Below are positions 45,707 through 57,600 of a stretch of 64,000 nucleotides of DNA, one piece after another. Where the stretch lies: contig OZ253546.1 of assembly GCA_965262585.1 (NCBI GenBank), positions 266,547-330,546 of the forward strand. The letters run 5' to 3'. The notes below the pieces were generated by a model, which was not told the origin of the DNA, searched no databases, and was given only the letters and a program-made list of their open reading frames with translations. The stretch comes from Candidatus Poriferihabitaceae bacterium. Lineage in GTDB: Bacteria > Pseudomonadota > Gammaproteobacteria > Arenicellales > Poriferihabitantaceae. The translations under genes and the position numbers were made by a program. The first letter of the stretch is position 1. Each line of letters begins with the position of its first letter.

Positions 45707-46972
45707 ATGACCCACTATTCCGCCTGGAGCGTATTCAAAAACGGCCTCACCGGGCAGCGGGGCTGGCAGCGGATGTGGCGGGAGCCGGAGCCGAAGGGTG
45801 GTTATGATGTGGTCATTATCGGTGCCGGGTTGCACGGGTTGGCGACGGCTTATTATCTGGCGAAGAATCACGGCGTGCGGAACATCGCGGTGCTGGAAAA
45901 AGGGTGGCTGGGCGGCGGCAATGCCGGGCGCAATACCACCATCATCCGCTCAAACTACATGATGCCGGGCAACCGGCAGTTCTACGAGCATTCGCTGAAG
46001 TTGTGGGAGCAGTTAAGTCACGACCTGAACTACAACGTAATGTTCAGCCAGCGCGCGCACCTCTCGTTGTTGCACAGCCCGGCGGCGCGGGATGCGGCGG
46101 CGCGCCGGTATAACACCATGCGCTTGAGCGAATCTGACGGCGAATTGTGGGGACTGGATAAGTTGAAACGCAAAGTGCCGCACTTGAACTACGACACCGC
46201 CAGATTTCCCATCATCGGCGCGGCGGTGCAACGGCGCGCCGGTACCGCCCGCCACGATGCGGTGGCATGGGGCTACGCGCGCGCCGCCGACCAACTGGGG
46301 GTGGACATCATTCAGAATTGTGAAGTCACCGCAGTAACGCGAGACGGCGGACGGGTGATCTCGGTTGAAACCACTCGCGGCGTCATCAACGCCAAAAAAA
46401 TCGGCTTTGCGGTGGCCGGCAACACTTCGCGCTTGTGGGCAATGGCCGGGCTCGGGCGACTGCCCATCGAAACCCACTTGTTGCAGGCATTCGTATCCGA
46501 GCCGTTGAAACCGCTGCTCGATCAAGTCGTGGTGTTCGGCGTCGGCGGCGCGCATTTTTACATCTCGCAATCTGACAAGGGCGGGATGGTATTCGGCGGC
46601 GACCTCGACTGGTATAAATCCTACGCCCAGCGGGGCAACCTACCGGCGGTTCAGGATGTCGCCGAATGCGCCACATCAATTCTGCCGTGCCTTGCCCGCG
46701 TGCGGCTGCTGCGCCATTGGGCCGGGGTGATGGATATGACCATGGACGGCGCGGCATTCATCTGCAAAACGCCTCTGGAAAATCTTTATCTCAACGGCGG
46801 CTGGAACTACGGCGGCTTCAAGGCAAGCCCGGCCTCGGGCTGGTATTTTGCCGACCTCATCGCCAACGATCGCCCGGCAAAAGTCATCGCCGGATTCGAC
46901 TTGAAGCGCTTCGAGCGTGGTGTGATTATCGACGAACGGGGCGCCGGCCCCGACCCGAAACTGCACGGCTGA
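45707..46972 (+). CDS. mgdA: N-methylglutamate dehydrogenase subunit A (sarcosine oxidase beta-like flavoprotein)
   Basis: MTHYSAWSVFKNGL start and YDVVIIGAGLHGLATAYYLAKNHG FAD fold. ATG 45707 is preferred over the ORF-track TTG 45695. Confidence 0.8.
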   Translation: MTHYSAWSVFKNGLTGQRGWQRMWREPEPKGGYDVVIIGAGLHGLATAYYLAKNHGVRNIAVLEKGWLGGGNAGRNTTIIRSNYMMPGNRQFYEHSLKLWEQLSHDLNYNVMFSQRAHLSLLHSPAARDAAARRYNTMRLSESDGELWGLDKLKRKVPHLNYDTARFPIIGAAVQRRAGTARHDAVAWGYARAADQLGVDIIQNCEVTAVTRDGGRVISVETTRGVINAKKIGFAVAGNTSRLWAMAGLGRLPIETHLLQAFVSEPLKPLLDQVVVFGVGGAHFYISQSDKGGMVFGGDLDWYKSYAQRGNLPAVQDVAECATSILPCLARVRLLRHWAGVMDMTMDGAAFICKTPLENLYLNGGWNYGGFKASPASGWYFADLIANDRPAKVIAGFDLKRFERGVIIDERGAGPDPKLHG

Positions 46973-46991
46973 TCCGCGACCCACACGACTA

Positions 46992-47288
46992 ATGATCCGC
47001 ATCCCCTGCCCATTCTGTGGCGAACGCGACCACAGCGAATTCGCCTACGGCGGCGATGGCGCTATTGAATACCCGCCCCTCGACGCCCCGGCGGAAGCCT
47101 GGCACGAGGCGGTATTTTTGCGGGAAAACATTCGCGGGGTGCAACTGGAAACCTGGCATCACATCAGCGGCTGTCGCATGTGGCTGGTGGTGGAACGCGA
47201 CACCATGACCCACGAAATCCACGCCGTGCGTCCGGCACACGATGGCATTCGGTTGGCGTTGAAAAACCACCCGGTCAGCGAGCCATGA
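46992..47288 (+). CDS. mgdB: N-methylglutamate dehydrogenase subunit B (sarcosine oxidase delta-like)
   Basis: 98 aa. MIRIPCPFCGERDHSEFAYGG zinc-ribbon-type start typical of SoxD. Confidence 0.8.
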   Translation: MIRIPCPFCGERDHSEFAYGGDGAIEYPPLDAPAEAWHEAVFLRENIRGVQLETWHHISGCRMWLVVERDTMTHEIHAVRPAHDGIRLALKNHPVSEP

Positions 47289-50200
47289 CTTCCCGGCGGC
47301 TACCCGATGGCGGGCGCATCGACCGCGCCACCACCCTGCCCTTCACCTGGAATGGCCGCAAGTTGAACGGCCATCCCGGCGACACTCTGGCTTCCGCATT
47401 GCTTGCCAACGGCGTGCAACTGGTGGGCCGCAGTTTCAAGTATCACCGCCCACGCGGCATTCAGTCCGCCGGAGTCGAAGAATCCGGCGCCCTGATCACC
47501 GTCGGAGTCGGCGCGCGCCGCGATCCGAACGTCAAAGCCACGGTACAAGAACTGCATGCGGGATTGGTGGCGTGCGGTCAAAACGCCGTGCCGAACTTGC
47601 GTTTTGATGTGGGCGCGATCAACAACCTGTTTGGCAGATTCTTGTCCGCCGGTTTTTACTACAAGACCTTCATGGGCCCGCGCCTAGACCCGCGCAGGAA
47701 ATGGGGCGGCACGGCGTGGTGGATGCAATGCGAAAAAATTATCCGCCGCGCCGCCGGGCTGGGGCACGCATCCCGACAGCCGGATCCGGATTCATACGAA
47801 CACGGTCATGACTTTTGCGATGTGCTGGTGGTGGGCGCCGGCCCCGCCGGTTTGTCGGCGGCGACGGCGGCGGCAAGTGCCGGGCTGGATGTGCTGCTGG
47901 TGGATCAAGAACCGGAATTTGGCGGCGATCTTCTCAGTCAGCCGCCTACCCAATCCCGCGCCAAACTCGCGCAACTGCTGGCTGATGCGCATTCGGCGGG
48001 GGTTCGCAGCATGACCAGAACCACCGCGTTTGGTCTGTACGATTGCGGCGTCTCCGGGCTTCTTGAGCGCGTTACTGATCATTTGCCCGAGCATTTGACC
48101 GAGCCCGATCCGTGCTTGCCCCGCCAGCGATTTTGGACGGTGCGCGCACGCTATACCATCATCGCCACCGGCGCCCTGGAGCGACACTTCGCCTTCGGCA
48201 ACAACGACCGCCCCGGGGTGATGACGGTGGCCGCCGCACGAACTTATTTGAACCGCTATGGCGTGTTACCCGGCGAACGCATCGTGATGGCCACCAACAA
48301 CGATTCCACCTATCCGGTAGCGGCGGAACTGGCGGACGCCGGTGCCGGGGTTACTTTGCTCGATGCGCGGGCTGCAGTCGGAGACGAACTGCAACGCATG
48401 GCGGACGACCACGGCGTGGCGTTGCATAAAGCCCACGCGCCGCTGAAAGTCATCGGTGGCAAGGGTGTTAAGGCGTTGGAACTGGCGGTGGACGATGGCC
48501 ATGGCTGGAAGCCTCGAGGCAATGAACGGTGCGATCTGGTACTGGTGTCGGGCGGCTGGTCGCCAACCATTCATCTTTGTTCCCACCGCGGCTCGAAGCC
48601 GGTATGGAATGCGCAACTGGCCTGCTTTGTGGCGGCAAAGACCGATGAACCGATACTAGTCGCGGGTTCGGCGGCGGGCATCTGGAACGGCGATGACTGC
48701 GCGGCCTCCGGCACAGCCACCGGGATGGCGGCGGCACAAGCCCTCGGCCATGCCGCAGATAAAGATGTCGCCGGCAAAGATACCACCGCCATTGAATCCG
48801 GCGGCTGGCAAACTCCGCTTCGACCATTGTACGAAATTCGAGTGCCCGGCAAAAAATTGAAATCCTTCGTCGACTTTCAGAACGATGTTACCGCCGACGA
48901 CGTGCGCCTGGCACACCGCGAAGGGTTTGCCTCGGTGGAACATCTCAAACGCTACACCACCCTCGGCATGTCCACGGACGGCGGCAAGGTGGGTAATGTC
49001 ATCGGCCTCGCGCTCATGGCCGAAGCCCTGGGCCGTACAATCCCGCAAGTCGGAAGCACCGTATTCAGGCCGCCCTACACGCCGGTTTCGCTGGGCGCAT
49101 TGCGGGGCCGCAGCGTCGACCAACATTTCCGCCCGCTACGCCGCACCCCGATGCACCAATGGAACCTCGACCACGGCGCGGTCATGACCATGGCCGGGCT
49201 GTGGCATCGCCCGTGGTATTTCCCCCGAACCACCACTCAAACCCTCGCCGAGGCTTATGTGCGCGAAGCCGCCGCCGTGCGAGAGACGGTCGGGCTTTGC
49301 GATGTTACCTCCCTCGGCAAGATCGCCATCCAGGGACCGGACGCCACCCAATTCCTCGACCGCATCTACACCAACCCGTTCGCCAAACTGGCGGTCGGCA
49401 AAGCGCGCTACGGCATTATGTTGCGCGATGACGGCGTGGTCATGGACGACGGCACCACCTGGCGTCTGTCGGCAACCGAATACTTCATGACCACCACCAC
49501 CGCGCATGCCGCCAAAGTGATGGCGTGGCTTGAGGAATTGCTGCAAACCCGCTGGCCTACGCTCAGGGTGCAAGTGACTTCGGTGTCCGACCAATGGGCC
49601 GGATGCGCGGTGGCGGGGCCCAAATCCCGCGCCGTTCTGGACGCTTGCGTGGCGCATTCCGGGAGCGTGTCCGATGATGCGCTGCCGTTCATGGGCGTGG
49701 TCGAGATTCCCCTCAAAGGCGACATCCCGTGTCGCATCGCGCGCATCAGTTTTTCCGGTGAAATGGCATTCGAGGTCTATGTGCCATCCGATTACGCCAC
49801 CGCAATGATGGACTTGTTATGGGCTGAAGCGGAAGCGTCGGGCGGCTGCCTGTATGGTCTCGAAGCACTGGGTGCCCTGCGCATCGAAAAAGGCCATGTT
49901 ACCGGCGCGGAACTGGACGGGCGGGTAACCATTGACGACGCCGGGCTGGGCAAAATGGCCTCCCCCAACAAATCGTTCATCGGCAGCGCGTTGCGCAAGC
50001 GACCCGAACTGTTGCGAGACGACCGCCCGCAACTGGTCGGCATCAAACCGAAGAATCAGGGCGATCGATTTAACGCCGGGGCGATCCTCTGCCAACCAGA
50101 AAATATACCCGGCCTCGGCGACGGCTGGATTAGCGCAGTCACCCATTCCCCGGCGCTCGGACATTGGATCGGCATCGGGTTTATCGCAGGCGGGGCTGAA

Positions 50201-50314
50201 GTCTGGCAAGGCAAAGCGGTAGTCGCCGCCGACCCGGTGCGCGCCGGAAATACCGAAGTTGAAATCGTCTCACCCCATCAATTCGACCCGAGCGGGGAGC
50301 GGATGCGTGGCTGA
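47285..50314 (+). CDS. mgdC: N-methylglutamate dehydrogenase subunit C (sarcosine oxidase alpha-like, with GcvT-type folate domain)
   Basis: Start MTSRRLPDGGRI forms an ATGA overlap with mgdB. CDVLVVGAGPAGLSAA dinucleotide fold. C-terminal aminomethyltransferase-like region (ISFSGEMAFEVYVP, LRIEKGH). Confidence 0.8.
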   Translation: MTSRRLPDGGRIDRATTLPFTWNGRKLNGHPGDTLASALLANGVQLVGRSFKYHRPRGIQSAGVEESGALITVGVGARRDPNVKATVQELHAGLVACGQNAVPNLRFDVGAINNLFGRFLSAGFYYKTFMGPRLDPRRKWGGTAWWMQCEKIIRRAAGLGHASRQPDPDSYEHGHDFCDVLVVGAGPAGLSAATAAASAGLDVLLVDQEPEFGGDLLSQPPTQSRAKLAQLLADAHSAGVRSMTRTTAFGLYDCGVSGLLERVTDHLPEHLTEPDPCLPRQRFWTVRARYTIIATGALERHFAFGNNDRPGVMTVAAARTYLNRYGVLPGERIVMATNNDSTYPVAAELADAGAGVTLLDARAAVGDELQRMADDHGVALHKAHAPLKVIGGKGVKALELAVDDGHGWKPRGNERCDLVLVSGGWSPTIHLCSHRGSKPVWNAQLACFVAAKTDEPILVAGSAAGIWNGDDCAASGTATGMAAAQALGHAADKDVAGKDTTAIESGGWQTPLRPLYEIRVPGKKLKSFVDFQNDVTADDVRLAHREGFASVEHLKRYTTLGMSTDGGKVGNVIGLALMAEALGRTIPQVGSTVFRPPYTPVSLGALRGRSVDQHFRPLRRTPMHQWNLDHGAVMTMAGLWHRPWYFPRTTTQTLAEAYVREAAAVRETVGLCDVTSLGKIAIQGPDATQFLDRIYTNPFAKLAVGKARYGIMLRDDGVVMDDGTTWRLSATEYFMTTTTAHAAKVMAWLEELLQTRWPTLRVQVTSVSDQWAGCAVAGPKSRAVLDACVAHSGSVSDDALPFMGVVEIPLKGDIPCRIARISFSGEMAFEVYVPSDYATAMMDLLWAEAEASGGCLYGLEALGALRIEKGHVTGAELDGRVTIDDAGLGKMASPNKSFIGSALRKRPELLRDDRPQLVGIKPKNQGDRFNAGAILCQPENIPGLGDGWISAVTHSPALGHWIGIGFIAGGAEVWQGKAVVAADPVRAGNTEVEIVSPHQFDPSGERMRG

Positions 50315-50867
50315 TCGAATCTCCGCACTGCATGGACACTACGCCCACGGCACAACCGGCCCGGCGGATGCGGCCGGGATTGTGTTGCGCGAAATCACCG
50401 ACCTTGTCCTCCATCAAATCGCCGCATGGCCCGACACCCTGACGCAAGTTGGGAAACAAGCCGCGCAGGCGGCGAACGTACCGTCGGCACCCGGACCCGG
50501 CGCAGCCGCCGTATCCGCAACCGGCGCACTGCTTCGCATCGAACCATTAAAGTGGTGGATGATCGGCGGGAAAGCCCCGCAACTTAATCCCGAACAAGGA
50601 ACGACCCTGGATCTTTCCCACTCACGCACGCATTTGCGAATTAGCGGCGCACAAGCCGCCAAACTGCTCAACCGCCATCTCCCCCTCGACCTGCGCCCGG
50701 CATCGTTTCCAGTCGGCACCGTAGCATCAAGCGCGCTACACCATGTCGGCGTAACCCTGTGGCATTCACAGCACGGCCACGAGTTATTCATTCCACGCGG
50801 ATTTTCTTTGTCAATTTGGCAAGTATTACTCGAAAGCGCAGCGCAGTTTGGCGTTGAAATCCCTTGA
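50307..50867 (+). CDS. mgdD: N-methylglutamate dehydrogenase subunit D (sarcosine oxidase gamma-like)
   Basis: ~186 aa in the SoxG position. GTG 50307 overlaps the mgdC stop. The ORF-track start 50259 lies inside mgdC. Confidence 0.65.
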   Translation: MADRISALHGHYAHGTTGPADAAGIVLREITDLVLHQIAAWPDTLTQVGKQAAQAANVPSAPGPGAAAVSATGALLRIEPLKWWMIGGKAPQLNPEQGTTLDLSHSRTHLRISGAQAAKLLNRHLPLDLRPASFPVGTVASSALHHVGVTLWHSQHGHELFIPRGFSLSIWQVLLESAAQFGVEIP

Positions 50868-50923
50868 AAGTCACCGCTCACCCGGAAAGCGCCTCCTTCT
50901 CGTCCACCGCATAAAGGGAGCAG

Positions 50924-50963
50924 GTAGGGACAGGGCGAGACCTGTCCAAAGCGGCGGAGTTGC
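50924..50963 (-). repeat. Second REP family unit (inverted copy of 18455-18496)
   Basis: Reverse complement gcaactccgccgctttggacaggtctcgccctgtccctac. Sits between convergent mgdD and the giant gene. Confidence 0.6.
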
Positions 50964-50985
50964 TCCTTAATTTATACTCGTATTG

Positions 50986-51675
50986 CCTACGCTTAAAACC
51001 GTATTTCGCCTTTGAGCAAGATGGTGTGTTCATCCGCGCCGTCGCCCTCGCGGCGTTCGCCCAGCAGGGTTACCTCATAGCGAGTGCCCGACTTGCACTT
51101 CATTCCGACTCGGTAACTGTCTTGGGAACCGAGGGTCATCTCTCCATACGGTGTCAATACCGCTTCCAAACCCCGCAACGATACGCCGTAGCCAATCTTT
51201 GCGTCCAAATACGCCCGGTAATCGGCCGTGGCATCACCGCCAGCCGCATCGGATACGCCATGATCCCATAACGCTTGTAGGTCGCTGCCGCTTTCCCCAT
51301 AGCCGGGGCTTAGGCCGAACGAAAATCCTTGCCCGTCCGCCCCCGGCAGCAATTTAACTTGACCGCTAATTCCCCATTTCTCATATTCGCCGTCATTGTC
51401 CAACAAAGTGCGCACGCGACCTTCCACGGTTACCCGTTTCGCCGGATTGCTGTAATGCAAACCAACCCCCACCTCCATTCCGCCGCCGGTCTGGCCATCG
51501 CCGCCGTCATAGCGAACGCCAACCTCCAACGATGGCGAAAACACTCCGCCGCCCGCCAATTCGTGCTTTCGTTTGGCTTCCATCGACAACCGAACCCGGG
51601 TGACATCCACTTCCAGTTCCGTGAAGTTGGCGTTGCCATCGACCACCAACTCAGCGCGCACTACCTCGCTTTTTA
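50986..51675 (-). repeat. 690-bp segment duplicated at 1321-2010 (3' end of the autotransporter gene)
   Basis: Constant offset of 49,665 nt. About 16 mismatches counted by eye. Same orientation. Confidence 0.9.
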
Positions 51676-54600
51676 CGCGAACTTCGGTCGTTCCCCTTTG
51701 CCACACCCGGCCGCTGCCGCCAATGCTGAGCGTGCGCAGGCTGAAGTCGCTCGAACGCGCCGCCGGCCCGGCCTCGGTAATCTCTAAATCGCCTTCGCCA
51801 TAGCCAACGGTCGCCCATACATCGACCACTCCACCGCTCCAGCCAAAATACGGATGCACTCCGGTCAAGTCGATTTTATATTCGCCTTCGTCAAGTCTAC
51901 CGGCGTTGTATTCGTAGTCTAGATCTCCCCGCAACCACGATACCGCCACGCCCGCCAACATATCTGCATGCACACGCGCATCAAAACCGATGTGAACACC
52001 GGACAACTCGCCATCCCAATCCAAGCCACCACTATCACCGGACAAATCTCGATACGCGCCGTCTCCCCATAAAACCGACGAAGACTCGGCCGCCGCACCG
52101 GCATTCAGCGGCAACACAAAGTCAGAGTCGCCCAACAGGTCTTTCAGGGCGTGCGTACCGTTCGCCATCGGCTCACCGTGGGCCATCAAGACGCCGGATA
52201 AACTGCGCTGCCCGCCAATGGTAACGCCCGCCGCCTGCCCTGACTGATTAGCCAGATTGGCTTGTTCGATGCGCCGCTTAATCGGACTGACCGTGCGATC
52301 CGCCAAAGCGCGCGTGACTTCCGGCAGGATCATCTCGTTCCGGGCGGCGGACAGATCATCGGCGGTGGCGATGGCGATGACCGTGATGATAAAGGTCACC
52401 GAATCCGTGCTGTTGCCATCCGTGGCGGTGTAGGTCGATTCGATTCTGCCCACTGTGGTCGGCGTGCCTGATAGGACGCGGCCAGTGTCGTCAAAGTTCA
52501 AACCGTCCGGCAGCGGTGTCAGCGTATAAGTCACGGTGCCGGTGCCGCCGGTTGCCTCGGGCATGGTCAGGGGCGTAATTTCCGTGTCCACAGTATAGGT
52601 CTGATTGCCCGGCGCATTCAGTGCCACTCCCGCCACTATGCTGGGATCGCTTACCGTCACATCCGCAGATATGATGACGACAAAGGCGGCGATGGCCATG
52701 CTGCCGTTTTCATCCATGGCGGTGTAGGTGAGTTCGGTTTCGCCCTCTGCGTTCGGCGTGCCGGACAGAACACGGGGGTCTGCGATAAAAGTCAGACCGG
52801 TCGGCAGTGGTGCCAATGTATAGGTCACCGTGCCGGTGCCGCCGGAGGCCATAGGCAAGGCCAAATTCGTAATCGCCATGTCCGTTGTGTAGGTTTGATT
52901 GCCCGGAGCGCTCAACGCCAACCCATTCGCCACGGTGATAGTAAAGGTAGCCATAGCGGTACTGCTGTTGGTATCCATTGCGGTGTAGGTTGCTGTAACC
53001 GTTTCCATTGTGGTCGGTGTGCCGGACAGAACACGGGTGGTTGCGATAAAAGTCAGACCGTTCGGCAGTGGTGCCAATGTATAGGTCACTGTGCCGGTGC
53101 CGCCGGTGGCCATAGGCAAGGCTAAATTCGTAATCGCCGTGTTCATTGTGTAGGTTTGATTGCCCGGGGCGTTCAACGCCAACCCATTCGCCACAGTGAT
53201 AGTAAAGGTATCCATAGCGGTACTGCCGTTGGTATCCATTGCGGTGTAGATTACTGTAACCGTTTCCATTGTGGTCGGTGTGCCGGACAGAACACGGGTG
53301 CCTGCGGTAAAAGTCAGACCGTTCGGCAGTGGTGCCAATGTATAGGTCACCGTGCCGGTGCCGCCAGAGGCCATAGGCAAGGCCAAGTCCGTAATCGCCG
53401 TGTTCATTGTGTAGGTTTGATTGCCCGGGGCGTTCAACGCCAACCTATTCGCCACGGTGATAGTAAAGGTAGCCATAGCGGTACTGCCGTTGGTATCCAT
53501 TGCGGTGTAGGTTGCTGTAATCGTCTGCATGGTGGTCGGTGTGCCGGACAGAACACGGGTGGTTGCGTTAAAGTTTAGACCGTCCGGCAGCGGTGTCAGC
53601 GTATAGGTCACCGTGCCGGTGCCGCCGGAGGCCATAGGCAAGGCCAAATTTGTAATCGCCGTGTTCATTGTGTAGGTTTGATTGCCCGGAGCGTTCAACG
53701 CCAACCTATTCGCCACGGTGATAGTAAAGGTATCCATAGCGGTACTGCCGTTGGTATCCATTGCGGTGTAGGTTGCTGTAACCGTTTCCATTGTGGTCGG
53801 TGTGCCGGACAGAACACGGGTGGTTGCGATAAAAGTCAGACCGTTCGGCAGTGGTGCCAATGTATAGGTCACTGTGCCGGTGCCGCCGGAGGCCATAGGC
53901 AAGGCCAAATTCGTAATCGCCATGTCCGTTGTGTAGGTTTGATTGCCCGGAGCGTTCAACGCCAACCCATTCGCCACGGTGATAGTAAAGGTATCCATAG
54001 CGGTACTGCCGTTGGTATCCATTGCGGTGTAGATTGCTGTAACCGTTTCCATTGTGGTCGGTGTGCCGGACAGAACACGGGTGCCTACGGTAAAAGTCAG
54101 ACCGTTCGGCAGTGGTGCCAATGTATAGGTCACCGTGCCGGTGCCGCCAGAGGCTATAGGCAAAGCCAAATTCGTAATCGCCGTGTTCATTGTGTAGGTT
54201 TGATTGCCCGGAGCGTTCAACGCCAAGCCATTCGCCACGGTGATAGTAAAGGTCGCCGATTGGCTGGCACCATTGCTATCCGTTGCGGTGTAAGTTGCTG
54301 TAACCGTCTGCATTGCGTTCGGCGTGCCGGACAGAACACGGCTATCCGCATCAAAAGTCAAACCGTTCGGCAACGACGCCAGCATATAAGTCAGCGGAGA
54401 AGTGCCGCCGGTTGCCGGGGCCAAGGGCAAGGCCGTAATCGCGGTGTTCATCGTGTAGGTTTGATTGTTCGGGGCGTTCAGCACCAACCCATTCGCCACG
54501 GTTATGATAAAGGTTGCCGTGGCGATACTGTTGTTGTTATCCGTTGCCGTATAGGTTGCGGTAATCGTCTGCATGGTGGTCGGTGTGCCAGACAGAACAC

Positions 54601-57600
54601 GGGTGCCTGCGTTAAAGTTTAGACCGGTCGGTAGCGGCATCAGTGTATAAGTCAGCGGAGTAGTGCCGCCGGTGGCCATATCCAAGGTCAAGTCCGTAAT
54701 CGCCGTGTCCATTGTGTAGGTTTGATTGCTTGGGGCATTCAACGCCAACCCATTCGCCACGGTGATGGTAAAGGTTGCCGTGGCGATGCTGTTGTTGTTA
54801 TCCATTGCGGTGTAGGTTGCGGTAATCGTCTGCATGGTGGTCGGTGTGCCAGACAGAACCCGAGTGCTTGCGTTAAAGTTTAGACCGGTCGGCAGCGGCA
54901 TTAGCGTATAGGTCAATGGAGTAGTGCCGCCGGTTGCCTCAGGCAAGGTCAAGTCCGTAATCGTGGCATCCATGGTATAGGTTTGATCGCCCGGCGCCGT
55001 GACCGCCACTCCCGCCGCCACGGTGACGGTAAAGGTTGCCGTGGCGATGCTGTTGTTGTTATCCGTTGCGGTATAGGTTGCGGTAATCGTCTGCATGGTG
55101 GTCGGTGTGCCGGACAGAACACGGGTGTCTGCGTTAAAGTTTAGACCGGTCGGTAGCGGCATCAGTGTATAAGTCAGCGGTGTGGTGCCGCCGGTTGCCG
55201 GGTCTAATGTCAAGTCCGTAATTGCCGTGTCCATTGTGTAGGTTTGATTGCTTGGGGCGTTCAGCACCAACCCATTCGCCACGGTTATGGTAAAGGTTGC
55301 CGTGGCGATGCTGTTGTTGTTATCCGTTGCGGTATAGGTTGCGGTAATCGTCTGCATGGTGGTCGGTGTGCCAGACAGAACCCGAGTGCTTGCGTTAAAG
55401 TTTAGACCGGTCGGTAGCGGCATCAGCGTATAAGTCAGCGGCGTGGTGCCGCCGGTGGCCATATCCAAGGTCAAGTCCGTAATCGCCGTGTCCATCGTGT
55501 AGGTTTGATTGCTTGGGGCGTTCAGTGCCAGTCCATTCGCCACGGTTATGGTAAAGGTTGCCGTGGCGATGCTGTTGTTGTTATCCGTTGCGGTATAGGT
55601 TGCGGTAATCGTCTGCATGGTGGTCGGTGTGCCGGACAAGACACGGGTGCTTGCGTTAAAGTTTAGACCGGTCGGTAGCGGCATCAGCGTATAAGTCAAC
55701 GGAGTAGTGCCGCCGGTTGCCTCAGGCAAAATCAAGTCCGTAATCGCGGTGTTCATTGTGTAGGTTTGATCGTCCGGCGCAGTTACCGCCACTCTCGCCG
55801 CCACGGTGATGGTAAAGGTTGCCGTGGCGATGCTGTTGTTGTTATCCGTTGCCGTATAGGTTGCGGTAATCGTCTGCATGGTGGTCGGTGTGCCAGACAA
55901 GACACGGGTGGTTGCGTTAAAGTTTAGACCGGTCGGTAGCGGCGACAGCGTATAGGTCAACGGAGTGGTGCCGCCGGTTGCCTCAGGCAAAATCAAGTCC
56001 GTAATTGCGGTGTTCATTGTGTAGGTTTGATCGACCGGTGCAGTTACCGCTACTCTCGCCGCCACGGTGATGGTAAAGGTGTCCGTAGCGATACTGTTGT
56101 TGTTATCCGTTGCGGTATAGGTTGCGGTAATCGTCTGCATGGTGGTCGGTGTGCCGGACAGAACCCGAGTGCTTGCGTTAAAGTTTAGACCGGTCGGTAG
56201 CGGCGACAGCGTATAGGTCAGGGGAGTAGTGCCGCCGGTGGCCGGGTCTAATGTCAAGTCCGTAATCGCCGTGTTCATTGTGTAGGTTTGATTGCTTGGG
56301 GCGTTCAGTGCCAGTCCATTCGCCACGGTTATGGTAAAGGTTGCCGATTGACTCGCGCTATTGTTATCTGTGACGGTGTAGGTTGGCATAACCTCTTGCA
56401 TTGCAGTCGGCGTGCCGGACAGAACCCGAGTGCTTGCGTTAAAGTTTAGACCGGTCGGTAGCGGTATCAGCGTATAAGTCAGCGGAGTAGTGCCGCCGGT
56501 TGCCTCAGGCAAGGTCAAGTCCGTAATTGCCGTGTCCATTGTGTAGGTTTGATTGCTTGGGGTATTCAACGCCAGTCCATTCGCCACGGTTATGGTAAAG
56601 GTCGCCGATTGGCTGGCACCATTGTCATCCGTGACGGTGTAGATTGGCATAACCTCTTCCATTGCAGTCGGCGTGCCGGACAAGGTACGGGTGCTTGCGT
56701 TAAAGTTTAGACCGGTCGGTAGCGGCATCAGCGTATAAGTCAACGGAGTGGTGCCGCCGGTTGCCTCAGGCAAGGGCAAGTCCGTAATCGCAGTGTCCAT
56801 TGTGTAGGTTTGATTGCTTGGGGCGTTCAGTGCCAACCCATTCGCCACGGTTATGGTAAAGGTTGCCGATTGACTCGCGCCATTGTTATCTGTGACGGTG
56901 TAGATTGGCATAACCTCTTCCATTGCAGTCGGCGTGCCGGACAAGGTACGGGTGCCTGCGTTAAAGTTTAGACCGGTCGGTAGCGGCATCAGCGTATAGG
57001 TCAATGGCGTGGTGCCGCCGGTTGCCTCAGGCAAACTCAAGTCCGTAATTGCGGTGTCCATTGTGTAGGTCTGATTGCTTGGGGCGTTCAGTGCCAACCC
57101 ATTCGCCACGGTTATGGTAAAGGTTGCCGATTGACTCGCGCCATTGTTATCTGTGACGGTGTAGATTGGCATAACCTCTTCCATTGCAGTCGGCGTGCCA
57201 GACAAGGTACGGGTGCTTGCGGTAAAAGTTAGACCGTCCGGCAGCGGCATCAGCGTATAAGTCAGCGGCGTAGTGCCGCCGGTTGCCTCAGGCAAACTCA
57301 AGTCCGTAATTGCGGTGTCCATTGTGTAGGTTTGATTGCTTGGGGCATTCAACGCCAGTCCATTCGCCACGGTTATGGTAAAGGTTGCCGATTGACTCGC
57401 GCCATTGTTATCTGTGACGGTGTAGGTTGGCATAACCTCTTGCGTTGTAGTCGGCGTGCCAGACAAGGTACGGGTGCTTGCGGTAAAAGTTAGACCGTCC
57501 GGCAGCGGCATCAGCGTATAAGTCAGCGGCGTAGTGCCGCCGGTTGCCTCAGGCAAACTCAAGTCCGTAATCGCCGTGTCCATTGTGTAGGTTTGATTGC

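Noticed and set aside
45707-50867. Calling the four sox-like genes a genuine heterotetrameric sarcosine oxidase
   Set aside because: Sequence alone cannot separate the two by eye. The physical linkage to gmaS and mgsABC favours N-methylglutamate dehydrogenase, so the sarcosine oxidase label was not adopted.
1321-51675. The 49.7 kb between the two 690-bp direct repeats as a mobile or excisable island
   Set aside because: The interval holds essential housekeeping genes and several core catabolic operons at host-like G+C, with no integrase or conjugation genes. Only the repeats themselves are noteworthy.
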